From IMG/VR virus record IMGVR_UViG_3300036815_000199: DNA of 64,000 nt. One strand, given 5' to 3'. The translations under genes were made by a program, and so were the position numbers. Source of the DNA: an uncultured virus (IMG/VR IMGVR_UViG_3300036815_000199). Its lineage: Duplodnaviria; Heunggongvirae; Uroviricota; Caudoviricetes. The notes under the pieces are model-generated. The model had not been told where the DNA came from. It was given only the letters and a program-made list of their open reading frames with translations, and did no database searches. Shown piece after piece: positions 1 to 8,098 of the stretch (position 1 is its first letter; the number at the start of each line of letters is the position of its first letter).

Positions 1-1901
1 CTGGCCGCCGGGGGGGCGGCTGACATCGGGTCGTGCACGTGGTTGTGCACCCCGTCGTTGGTGTGCGCGTGCACGTGGGCGTGGGTCATGTCGCCGCCCT
101 GGCTGCCGAACGCCGAGTGCGGGTGGGAGTGCTCGCCGTCGAACGGCCCGTGGGTCTGCGCGCCCTCATACGCGCGGGCGGCGACCGCGGCGGCGACGTC
201 GGAGGCGGGGTCGTCGGGGTCGTAGATGCCGAGCATGTCCATCAGCTGGTCGACGATCGCCTCGGCGGCGGTGATCATGTCGAGCGCCTGCCCGGCCGGC
301 TCGGGGACCGCCTTGCGGTCGACGGTGGCGCCCAGGTCGGACGCCTGGTCGAGCAGCGCGTCGAGGCTGGCGATGAGCATGTGCATGTCGTCGTCGGCGT
401 CGGTGTCGCCGACCGCCGCGCGGATCGCCAGCAGCCGGTCCAGCCGCCCCGCCGCCGCGGCGCCGCCGGCTGACCCGGTGTACTCGGGGGCCTCGTTGCC
501 GGCGTCGGTGATGTGCTTGGCCAGGTGGTTGTAGGCCATCTTCTTGTCGTCGGCGGACACCCCGGCCAGCCCGCCGCGGCCGCCGTTGAGCGCGCCGATC
601 GCCGCCGAGCAGGCGGCCAGGTTCGCCTCGCCGACCTTCCCGTCGGTGCTGACCTCGTGGTGCGGCAGCTTGGAGGCGGTCTTGGTGTCGGCGGGCAGCG
701 CGTACAGCGCCTTGATCGCCGACGTCGACGGGTCGTCGCCGAGGTTGGTCTGCGCCTGCTGCCCGTCCCACGGGCCGGTGGACGCGGCGCGGATCCCGGC
801 GCCCGACGCGGCCGGGCTGGCCCACGCGGCGGCGACCCGGCGGGCGGCGCCGCCCTTGGCCTGCTCGACCTGGCCGGGCGGCGCGTCGATGTACTGCACC
901 AGCACCGCGGTCTGCGGCCCGAACTTGACCGTGCCGGGCGCCTTGGCGTCGAGCTCCACCGGCACCCGGTACAGGGTGCCGTCGGAGTCGTCGGACACGA
1001 TCAGCACCGGCGGGTCCAGCTGCAGTTCGATGATCCACTGGGACCAGGGCGCGTCCTCGTAGAACGCGCGGCGCACGTCGTCGATGGTGGTGGCGGTCCC
1101 GGCGGCGCGGAACACGGGCGTGCTGCCCGGCGGCGATGGCATGAGTCCTCCCGGGGGAAGGTCGAGGGTGAACCGGGCGGCGGCCTCGGCCGGCTCGGGC
1201 GCGGCGGGCAGGTCGATGCCGTACAGGGCGGCGATGTCGTTGAGGCCGGCGATGGTGCCGACCCCGGGCGGGGTGATGCCGAGCAGGGCGACGGCGGTGA
1301 TCACGAACGGGTGGATGTGGCCCTGCTGGCAGGGGAAGTTCCAGCTGCCTTCCACCGACCGCTTGGGGTAGGCGGACGGCAGGATGTCGCCGAGCCAGTC
1401 GGGCATCCCGGCGTAGTCGCCGATGACCTTGGTCTGCGTCTCGTTCAGCCGCAGCCCGACCACCGACCCGATCGCGGGCTCGCCGTCGAAGCGGGGGTCG
1501 TGGTGGCCGAGCTTGATCACCGGCCAGCCGACCGACGGGCACTGCGCCGCGGCGACCGCGGACTGCAGGTCGGCGGTGGTGAACGACGCCAGGCCGGTGG
1601 ACAGCTCCCACTCCCCGGCGGCGATCAGCTCGACGTCATCCCAGTGCCCGGTCGCGGTGGTCGTCACGGTCGCGGCGGCGGTGACCGCCGGGCTGTCGGG
1701 CAGCGCGCCGGGCACGTCCGGCGCCGGGCTGGCGTCGCCGATGTCCAGGTGCAGCGCGATGTCCTGCCCCTCGGCCTTGGTGGCGTGGCAGGACAGCAGG
1801 TGCCCGTCGCCGTCGACGAGGCCGTGCGGCAGGTGCGCGGGGCAGTCCGGATGGTTCTCCGTCACCGAGTGCGGCCCGTTGCCCGGCCCGGTGTCGGCCA
1901 C
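1..1901 (-). CDS. Mu-like prohead protease/scaffold protein (partial, runs off the left edge; absent from the ORF track)
   Basis: GTG at 1901 directly after the portal stop; open frame to the window edge; motifs VIKLGHHDPRFDGEPAIG, AYPKRSVEG, FVITAVALLGITPPGV. Confidence 0.8.
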   Translation of the reverse strand, partial: MADTGPGNGPHSVTENHPDCPAHLPHGLVDGDGHLLSCHATKAEGQDIALHLDIGDASPAPDVPGALPDSPAVTAAATVTTTATGHWDDVELIAAGEWELSTGLASFTTADLQSAVAAAQCPSVGWPVIKLGHHDPRFDGEPAIGSVVGLRLNETQTKVIGDYAGMPDWLGDILPSAYPKRSVEGSWNFPCQQGHIHPFVITAVALLGITPPGVGTIAGLNDIAALYGIDLPAAPEPAEAAARFTLDLPPGGLMPSPPGSTPVFRAAGTATTIDDVRRAFYEDAPWSQWIIELQLDPPVLIVSDDSDGTLYRVPVELDAKAPGTVKFGPQTAVLVQYIDAPPGQVEQAKGGAARRVAAAWASPAASGAGIRAASTGPWDGQQAQTNLGDDPSTSAIKALYALPADTKTASKLPHHEVSTDGKVGEANLAACSAAIGALNGGRGGLAGVSADDKKMAYNHLAKHITDAGNEAPEYTGSAGGAAAAGRLDRLLAIRAAVGDTDADDDMHMLIASLDALLDQASDLGATVDRKAVPEPAGQALDMITAAEAIVDQLMDMLGIYDPDDPASDVAAAVAARAYEGAQTHGPFDGEHSHPHSAFGSQGGDMTHAHVHAHTNDGVHNHVHDPMSAAPPAA

Positions 1902-1902
1902 G

Positions 1903-4212
1903 TCACTCGCCCCCGTCGCCCTGGCCGGTCAGGTCAGCCGGGTCGCCCTCGCCCGGGTAGTCCCCGCCGCCGCCGTCGCCGATGGCAACCGACGTGTCCC
2001 AGACGGCGATGACGGTGCCGCGGCAGCGCAGCTCGCCCTCGCAGTCGACGTAGCCGCCGTTGACGTAGTTGTCGGACGCCTCGGCCAGGCTGGCGAAGTC
2101 GGTGCCGTCGATCGCGGCGCACGGCGCGCACGTGTTGGCGTCGAGGATCTCGCTGGCGGTGTAGGTCGCCTCGGCGGGCGCCGCGTCCAGCGCCGACAGC
2201 CGTCCGGTGTTGGTCGCGGCCATCAGCGCCGCCGACAGCTGGTCGACCAGCGGCGTCGGCGACAGCCCCTGCAAGGTGACCAGCACGTCGCGGGCCGCCT
2301 CCGGGCCGGTGGTGGTCGCGTCGGTGATCCGCAGCGCCCGGTCGGCGGCCGCCGACGCGAGCCGCTGGCCCATGATCCCCGCGCGGGCCTTGGCGATCTG
2401 CACTAGGCGGGCCTCGTCGATCGCGGTGCGCGCCGGGTCGATGGTCACGCCCTGGTGCGCGGCCTCGGCGGCGACGCGGCGGGCCGCGGCGTGCGCGGCG
2501 GTGATCATCGCCTCCCGCAGCAGCGCCTCCCCGCCGCCGTCGGGCGCGGCCAGCCCGGCGAGCGCGGCCAGGTCGGAGTCGGACACCGCGGCGTTGACCT
2601 GATCGGACAGGTCCTGGGTCTGGTTCCGCAGCACCGCGGCCCACTGCCCGGCGAGCTGGTCGACGGCCGTGTTGAACGTGTCGCGGATGTCGGGGAAGTC
2701 GGCGCCGGACGCGGCCTCGGCGGCGGTCAGGTGACGGCGCAGCCCCAGCGGCGGCGGCCCGGCCGGGCGCTGCGCGCGGACCCGCCGCTGCCACCAGCGG
2801 CGGCCGGACTGGACCGTCGCGCCGCCCTGGTCCGGCGTCCCGGTCTGCGGCGGCGGCGGCGGGGCTGGCTCTGTCCCGCCCGGCGCGGCGGGGGTAGGCT
2901 GCCCGCCACCGGGTCCCGCGGGGGCGGGCCCGGCGCCGGGCGCGGGCGGCACGGGCGGGTTGACTTCCTGCTTTTCCGGCAGCCCCCAGGCGCCGCGGAT
3001 GAACGCTTCCAGCGTCGGGTCGGGGGCCAGCGCCCCGGCCGTGACGAGCAGGGACAGCGCCTCGGCGGTGACCTCGTGCCGGTCGCCGACGTCGGTCGCG
3101 CGGATCTTCGGGACCGGCTCGCCCTCGCCCCAGTTGTACTCGACCAGCGACCGGGCCAGCCCCGGCATCGTCGGTGACCCGGTGGTGGCGGTGTCGCCGA
3201 CCGCGTCGGCGGCGGCCTGCAGGCCGAGCAGGAACAGGTCAAGGAACGACTCGCCGAGCGCCCGGCTGCCGTAGGTGCCGTGCGCCAGCTCGACGATCTG
3301 CGCGAGCGCCGACCCGCTGATCTGCTGGTCGAGGTACTGCAGGAACCCGATCGCGTCGGGCGCCGATCCGGTCAGCCCGGTCAGCGCGAAGTCGTACCCG
3401 TCGGGCAGCCCGGCGCCGGCGGTGTCCCCGGCGCGCATCCCGGCGGCGAGCCGCTGCGCCTCGATGAGCATCGCCGGGGTGGCGCCGGGCGGCGCGTGCA
3501 CGGTCGGGACGCCCATCCCGAAGCGGCGGATCGCCGTCGCGTGCACCCGCAGCGTCTCGTGCTTGAGGATCCACGGCGTGTAGCAGGACCGCAGCATCGA
3601 CACGCCCGCCCAGTTGGCGCCCTCCCGCTCGTGGGCGTACCAGACCAGCCGGTTCGCCGCGACCGGGTCCTGCTGGGTGTTCTGGAACACCTGCCGGACC
3701 TGGCCGTCGTCGGCGATGTCGATGATGGCGATGGTGTGCGGCTGGCGTTCCTGCACGCCGGCCAGGTGGGTGACCCCGGCGCGGATCTCGTACCACTGCT
3801 CGAACGGCATGTGCCCGTAGACCAGGTTGAGCAGCGCCAGCCGCACGTGGTCGTGCCAGGTGAAGCCGCGGACCGGGGAGTCCTTGACCGGCGCCTTCTC
3901 GCCGAGGACCGGCAGGCCGAGGTCGTCGGCGACCAGCTGCACCGCCTCGTCGCGGTCGACGCCTTCCGGGTCGACCGCCCAGGTGGTGCGCAGGATCGGC
4001 AGGAAGAAGCTGGTCAGCACGGCGGTGATGCGGGCGTCGCGGCGCATCCGCCCGTAGGTCCGCACGCTGTCGGGCCACGTCAGGTCGGGGACGGTCTCGG
4101 CCCACTCGGTCAGCAGCCCGCCCTGGCCGGGCAGCCCCCACAGCACGTCGGGGTGGCCGACGGGCGACGTCGGCGGGGCGCCGGGCGCCACGCGCATCCC
4201 GTTCGGCGGCAT
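1903..4212 (-). CDS. Portal protein (Mu gp29/DUF935-like) fused to a C-terminal MuF/SPP1 gp7-like head morphogenesis domain
   Basis: GAGGAG RBS before ATG 4212; LVYGHMPFEQWY, GVSMLRSCYTPW, RFGMGVP, GSRALGES portal motifs; C-terminal TCAPC...CEGELRCRG. Confidence 0.88.
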   Translation of the reverse strand: MPPNGMRVAPGAPPTSPVGHPDVLWGLPGQGGLLTEWAETVPDLTWPDSVRTYGRMRRDARITAVLTSFFLPILRTTWAVDPEGVDRDEAVQLVADDLGLPVLGEKAPVKDSPVRGFTWHDHVRLALLNLVYGHMPFEQWYEIRAGVTHLAGVQERQPHTIAIIDIADDGQVRQVFQNTQQDPVAANRLVWYAHEREGANWAGVSMLRSCYTPWILKHETLRVHATAIRRFGMGVPTVHAPPGATPAMLIEAQRLAAGMRAGDTAGAGLPDGYDFALTGLTGSAPDAIGFLQYLDQQISGSALAQIVELAHGTYGSRALGESFLDLFLLGLQAAADAVGDTATTGSPTMPGLARSLVEYNWGEGEPVPKIRATDVGDRHEVTAEALSLLVTAGALAPDPTLEAFIRGAWGLPEKQEVNPPVPPAPGAGPAPAGPGGGQPTPAAPGGTEPAPPPPPQTGTPDQGGATVQSGRRWWQRRVRAQRPAGPPPLGLRRHLTAAEAASGADFPDIRDTFNTAVDQLAGQWAAVLRNQTQDLSDQVNAAVSDSDLAALAGLAAPDGGGEALLREAMITAAHAAARRVAAEAAHQGVTIDPARTAIDEARLVQIAKARAGIMGQRLASAAADRALRITDATTTGPEAARDVLVTLQGLSPTPLVDQLSAALMAATNTGRLSALDAAPAEATYTASEILDANTCAPCAAIDGTDFASLAEASDNYVNGGYVDCEGELRCRGTVIAVWDTSVAIGDGGGGDYPGEGDPADLTGQGDGGE

Positions 4213-4253
4213 CTGACTCCTCACACGCCCGGCGGTGGGCTACCTTCTTGGGC

Positions 4254-4616
4254 ATGGACCTGGGCTGGATCCGCAACGGCCGGTCGCACAGGTCGCAGCG
4301 GTGGGAGCTGCGCGACTCCGGCGGCGGCCTGGTCGCGCTCGCCGACGTCGACGGGCGGCCGCTGACGCCGGCCGCGCCGGGGTGGCCGCCGTGGACCGGC
4401 GTGCCGGTGGTGGTGTGCGCGCTGGCCGGCGGGCCGCTCGACGGGCTGTGGCAGTACCTGGACCTGCCGCCGGGCGACGGGCCGCCCGCCGAGCTGCTGC
4501 TGGACCCGGGCGGCGGCCGGCCCCCGGCGTCGTACGTGCTGTTCGCGCAGGTGTGCGGGCACGGGCGGGCCTGCCCGTTCCCGTACCGGTATCTCCCGCC
4601 GCCCCCTAACGGATAG
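4254..4616 (+). CDS. Hypothetical protein (counter-oriented insert between TerL and portal)
   Basis: ORF with coding-like composition (GGPLDG motif). Confidence 0.55.
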   Translation: MDLGWIRNGRSHRSQRWELRDSGGGLVALADVDGRPLTPAAPGWPPWTGVPVVVCALAGGPLDGLWQYLDLPPGDGPPAELLLDPGGGRPPASYVLFAQVCGHGRACPFPYRYLPPPPNG

Positions 4617-4623
4617 TGACGGG

Positions 4624-4653
4624 TTGACCCCGGCGCGTGGGCTCCGGTAGGTT
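4624..4653 (+). promoter_or_regulatory. Sigma70-type promoter TTGACC-N18-TAGGTT
   Basis: Near-consensus -35/-10 upstream of the ORF at 4742. Confidence 0.5.
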
Positions 4654-4741
4654 CGTGACCGCAGCGCGGCCAGGCCGGGACCGGCGCCGCAGCCTCCCGG
4701 CGTGGCCGTCAACAGCCACCGCCAGGGAAGGAACCCCCGCC

Positions 4742-4966
4742 ATGCCCGACACCAGCACCCCGCGCCCGCGTCCCCGCGCCGACCGTGACCTCGGCGCCTG
4801 GCTGGACGAGGTCGTGCCGACCACCGGTGAGATGCGCGCGGCGGTCGGCGAGATGCCCGACGTGGTGGCCATCGGCAGCGGCGACCACAGCGGCAGCCTG
4901 CTGCCCGGTCACCTGCACACCGGCGGCGCGTGCCGGCCGGGCGGCTTCCTGGGCAGCGGGTTCTAG
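4742..4966 (+). CDS. Hypothetical protein
   Basis: GGAAGGA RBS then ATG 4742. Confidence 0.5.
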   Translation: MPDTSTPRPRPRADRDLGAWLDEVVPTTGEMRAAVGEMPDVVAIGSGDHSGSLLPGHLHTGGACRPGGFLGSGF

Positions 4967-5051
4967 CGTGTCCCGCGCCGGCCACTGCCTGACCACCCGC
5001 ACCGCGCCCGCCGTGCCCGCGCCGCGGCCCGGCGTCCGCACCGACCCGCGG

Positions 5052-5345
5052 ATGACGGTCAAGATCATCACTACCGCCGCCGAGGCCGCCGGGTACACCG
5101 TCACCGAAACCGACCGGCCGGCCGCCGCCTCGCCGCGCCACCGCTCGCCGCGCCGGCTGGAGCTCGACATCACCACCGACCCGGGCGGCGCCTACCAGTT
5201 CCGTGCCTACTTCTGGTTCAACGAGGCGACCGGGTTCTGGCGGTGGGACCGCGGCTATGAGGGCGCCGGGCTGCGGATCTTCTCGGTCGCCCGGCTGGCC
5301 GAACGGCTGGCCGAGGCCGCGGCCAAGCCCGCGGCGGTGCCGTGA
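5052..5345 (+). CDS. Hypothetical protein
   Basis: Aromatic-rich, coding-like C-terminal part of ORF 4785..5345; start uncertain. Confidence 0.5.
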   Translation: MTVKIITTAAEAAGYTVTETDRPAAASPRHRSPRRLELDITTDPGGAYQFRAYFWFNEATGFWRWDRGYEGAGLRIFSVARLAERLAEAAAKPAAVP

Positions 5346-5346
5346 C

Positions 5347-5721
5347 CTACCCGGCCGGCGGCGTCGTCTGGTCCGGCGGGACCAGGCTGGCGATCGCGTC
5401 GACCGACGTCTGGTGCTGGCCGAGCGCCGCCTCGAACGCGGTCACCACCGCCGGGTCCACCGGCGCGTTCGCGGCGACGGCGGCCTGCAGGTCGGCGAGG
5501 ACCTGCGCCAGCTTGGCGTTGGAGTCCTGCAGGCTGGCGGTTTCGTCCTGCAGCGTCACGGTCGCCGCGGCAAGATCGTCCTGGAGAGCCATCACGAGCC
5601 TCATTTCCGGGATCAGGATGTCGAGTTTGGAACCGTTCGCGGCGACCTGCGCGGTCACCGTGGCGAGCTGCGCCTGTACGCCCTGCAGCAGCGCGTACAG
5701 CTGGTCGAGGGTCGTCGCCAC
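5347..5721 (-). CDS. Coiled-coil hypothetical protein
   Basis: AGGAGG RBS; heptad-like Leu/Ala/Gln pattern. Confidence 0.7.
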   Translation of the reverse strand: MATTLDQLYALLQGVQAQLATVTAQVAANGSKLDILIPEMRLVMALQDDLAAATVTLQDETASLQDSNAKLAQVLADLQAAVAANAPVDPAVVTAFEAALGQHQTSVDAIASLVPPDQTTPPAG

Positions 5722-5748
5722 CGTCGCCTCCTGGGGCGTGTCGTGGGG

Positions 5749-5970
5749 ATGAGCCCTGGCGTGCGGCCGCCCCGGATGGGGCCCCGCTGGTACCTGTACC
5801 GCGCCCGGCTGCGCGCCCGGGCGAACCCCGGCGTGCTCGCGGCGGCCTGGATCGTGGTCGCCGGCGGCGGCTCGTTCGTGATCGGCTACGTGGCCGGCGG
5901 CTGGGGCCTGGCCGCGATCGTCGCCGCGCTGCTGGCGGTCTCGGTGATCGTGCTGGGCCGACGCCGCTAA
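5749..5970 (+). CDS. Small two-TM membrane protein
   Basis: Two hydrophobic segments followed by GRRR. Confidence 0.5.
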   Translation: MSPGVRPPRMGPRWYLYRARLRARANPGVLAAAWIVVAGGGSFVIGYVAGGWGLAAIVAALLAVSVIVLGRRR

Positions 5971-6082
5971 CTAGGTATCTGCTATCTAGAAACTAGAAAG
6001 TCGGCCGTAAGTCGGGCCGGCGCGCAGGCCAGAGGGTGCGCGGGGTGGCCGGGCGGCGGCGAAAGTCCGGTGAAAGTCCGGG

Positions 6083-7696
6083 TTAGCCGAGCGGCATCGT
6101 CAGCAGGTCCTGCTCGCCGCGGTGCCCGTTGCCGGTGGCCGCCGCGTACGCGGTGTCGATCTGGTCTTCCTCGGCCGCCTTGACCGGCGGCGGCGGCTTC
6201 GCCGGGGTCCAGTGCGCGGCCGCGACCCGCGCCGCGTAGGAGAACGTGTCGACCTGGTCGTCGTGCGCGCCGCGGTCGAACGCGGCCAGCTCGTCGCACC
6301 ACTCCGCCAGCCAGTTGCCCTGCGGCCCGCAGTTGCCGCAGGTGCAGCCGGACGTCTCGGCCGGGAACCACGCCTTGCCGGAGTGCAGCCTTCCGGCGGC
6401 GGGGATCGCGCGGGTGACCTTGTCGGTGTCGGCGGTGACCTCGGCGACCGGCACCCCGGCGGCGCGGGCGTCGGCGACGAGGGTCTTGGAGTAGAACTGC
6501 CGCTCGACGAAGCACACGTCGAACCGCCACCGGTCGCGCAGCGGCGCGACCATCGAGAAGTGGTCGCCCATCTCGATGCGGGCCCGCCGCCGGTCCAGCA
6601 GGATCAGGTTGCCTTCCCGGTCGATCGCCCACACCGCGACCACCGTCCAGTCGGCGCTGGTCTTCTCCGACGCGGCGACGTCGATGGTGGCGAACCGCCA
6701 CACGGCCGGGTCGGCCAGGTCGACCCGCCGGCCCTCCAAGGTGATCCACGCTCCGGCCAGCCGGCCCAGCCGCGCGGCGGGGTCGCCTATCTCCGGCAGC
6801 GCCCGCCAGTAGCGGAACGCGGCCCGGCGGAACAGGTTACCCTCGACGGCCACCGGGTTCTGCTGGTACAGCCCGGAAAACACGTAGGCGCTCATCCCGG
6901 CGCGCAGCCGCGCGAAGTAGCCGGGCTCCCGCTTGCGCACCGACGGGAACTCCTGCCCGGGGCGGCGGCCGATCGGGTCGCGGTCCCCGGCGATCGCGGG
7001 GATCACCAGCACCCGCCAGCGCAGCGGCGACGGCCGCGCCAGGATCCTCCCCGCCAGGTCGTCCTCGTGCCAGCGGGTCTGGACCAGCACCACGATCCCG
7101 CCCGGCGCCAGCCGCGGGATGGCGACCGACTCCCACCACTGCCAGTTCGCCTCGCGCAGCCGCGCCGACTCCGCCGCCTCCCGGTCCTTGACCGGGTCGT
7201 CGATGACCAGCACCTCGACGGGCCGGCCGGCCAGCGCGCCGCCGACGCCGACGCAGTACACGCCGCCGCCCTCGGGGGTGTCCCACCGCCCGGCCGCGCT
7301 CGAGTCGGGCTGGATCCGCACGTCGAGGACCCGCCGGTCGGCGTGCGCCAGGTCCCGCTTGATCTGCCGGCCCCACCGCACCGCCATCTCCGCCTCGTAG
7401 GAGACGACGGCGATCCGCAGGGTCGGGTCGTGGGACAGCAGCCATATGGGCAGCCACCGCGAGCAGCGCTGGCTCTTGCCCTCCTGCGGCGGCATGAACA
7501 CGGCCAGCGCCTCGGCGGGCACCGCGTGGTCGGCGAGCGCGACGAGCTCCCGGTCGATCGCGGCCAGCGCCGGGCTGGTCCCGGTGTTGGGGTCCAGCGC
7601 CGCGGCGAGCTGGCCGGGCGTCGCCCACCGGCGCGGCCGCGGCTCGAAGTGCCGGGCGGCGTGCTCGCGCCAGTCGTAGTCGGCGGTCGCGGTCAC
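6083..7696 (-). CDS. terL: Terminase large subunit
   Basis: Walker A MPPQEGKS, Walker B VLVIDDPVKD, QTRWHEDDLAG, nuclease motif HDDQVD; GTG start overlaps the upstream stop. Confidence 0.95.
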   Translation of the reverse strand: MTATADYDWREHAARHFEPRPRRWATPGQLAAALDPNTGTSPALAAIDRELVALADHAVPAEALAVFMPPQEGKSQRCSRWLPIWLLSHDPTLRIAVVSYEAEMAVRWGRQIKRDLAHADRRVLDVRIQPDSSAAGRWDTPEGGGVYCVGVGGALAGRPVEVLVIDDPVKDREAAESARLREANWQWWESVAIPRLAPGGIVVLVQTRWHEDDLAGRILARPSPLRWRVLVIPAIAGDRDPIGRRPGQEFPSVRKREPGYFARLRAGMSAYVFSGLYQQNPVAVEGNLFRRAAFRYWRALPEIGDPAARLGRLAGAWITLEGRRVDLADPAVWRFATIDVAASEKTSADWTVVAVWAIDREGNLILLDRRRARIEMGDHFSMVAPLRDRWRFDVCFVERQFYSKTLVADARAAGVPVAEVTADTDKVTRAIPAAGRLHSGKAWFPAETSGCTCGNCGPQGNWLAEWCDELAAFDRGAHDDQVDTFSYAARVAAAHWTPAKPPPPVKAAEEDQIDTAYAAATGNGHRGEQDLLTMPLG

Positions 7697-7992
7697 GGGC
7701 GGGTGTCGCCGATCCGGACGCGGCCGGACGGCAGCACCACCTGCTCGGCGCCGATGGTGATCCGCGCCCACGCGAAGTAGGCGCCCGCCGGGTAGGCGAC
7801 GTCGCCGCCGGTGCCGATCAGCAGGCCGACCTCCCCGTCGATCCACGCGCCGGTCACGTAGTCGGCCTCGGCGGGCTCGCTGCCGTCGTCGGGCATCAGG
7901 CACGCCTCGGGCACGGTCGTGGTCGGGTCGACGCCGGGCGGGGAGTCGATCGGGATGAGCATGTAGGGCCGCGAGCTGACCGGGATGTACAC
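7693..7992 (-). CDS. Small beta-rich virion-associated protein (putative)
   Basis: GGAGG RBS before GTG 7992; coupled to terL. Confidence 0.65.
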   Translation of the reverse strand: MYIPVSSRPYMLIPIDSPPGVDPTTTVPEACLMPDDGSEPAEADYVTGAWIDGEVGLLIGTGGDVAYPAGAYFAWARITIGAEQVVLPSGRVRIGDTRP

Positions 7993-8098
7993 CGCGCCCT
8001 CCCAGGTTGTGTTAGTCCGCCGGCCGGTGGCGTCCGCGCACTCCGCCGTGCCGGCCGGCGAACCGCCCTGATCCCCCCAGCAGGGAAACCCGGACGAC

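Noticed and set aside
513..2012. Long plus-strand ORFs opposite real genes (also 6122..7780, 8337..10172, 31888..34086, 37464..39479, 41116..42759)
   Set aside because: Shadow frames expected in very GC-rich DNA; low-complexity translations with no motifs, antisense to well-supported genes.
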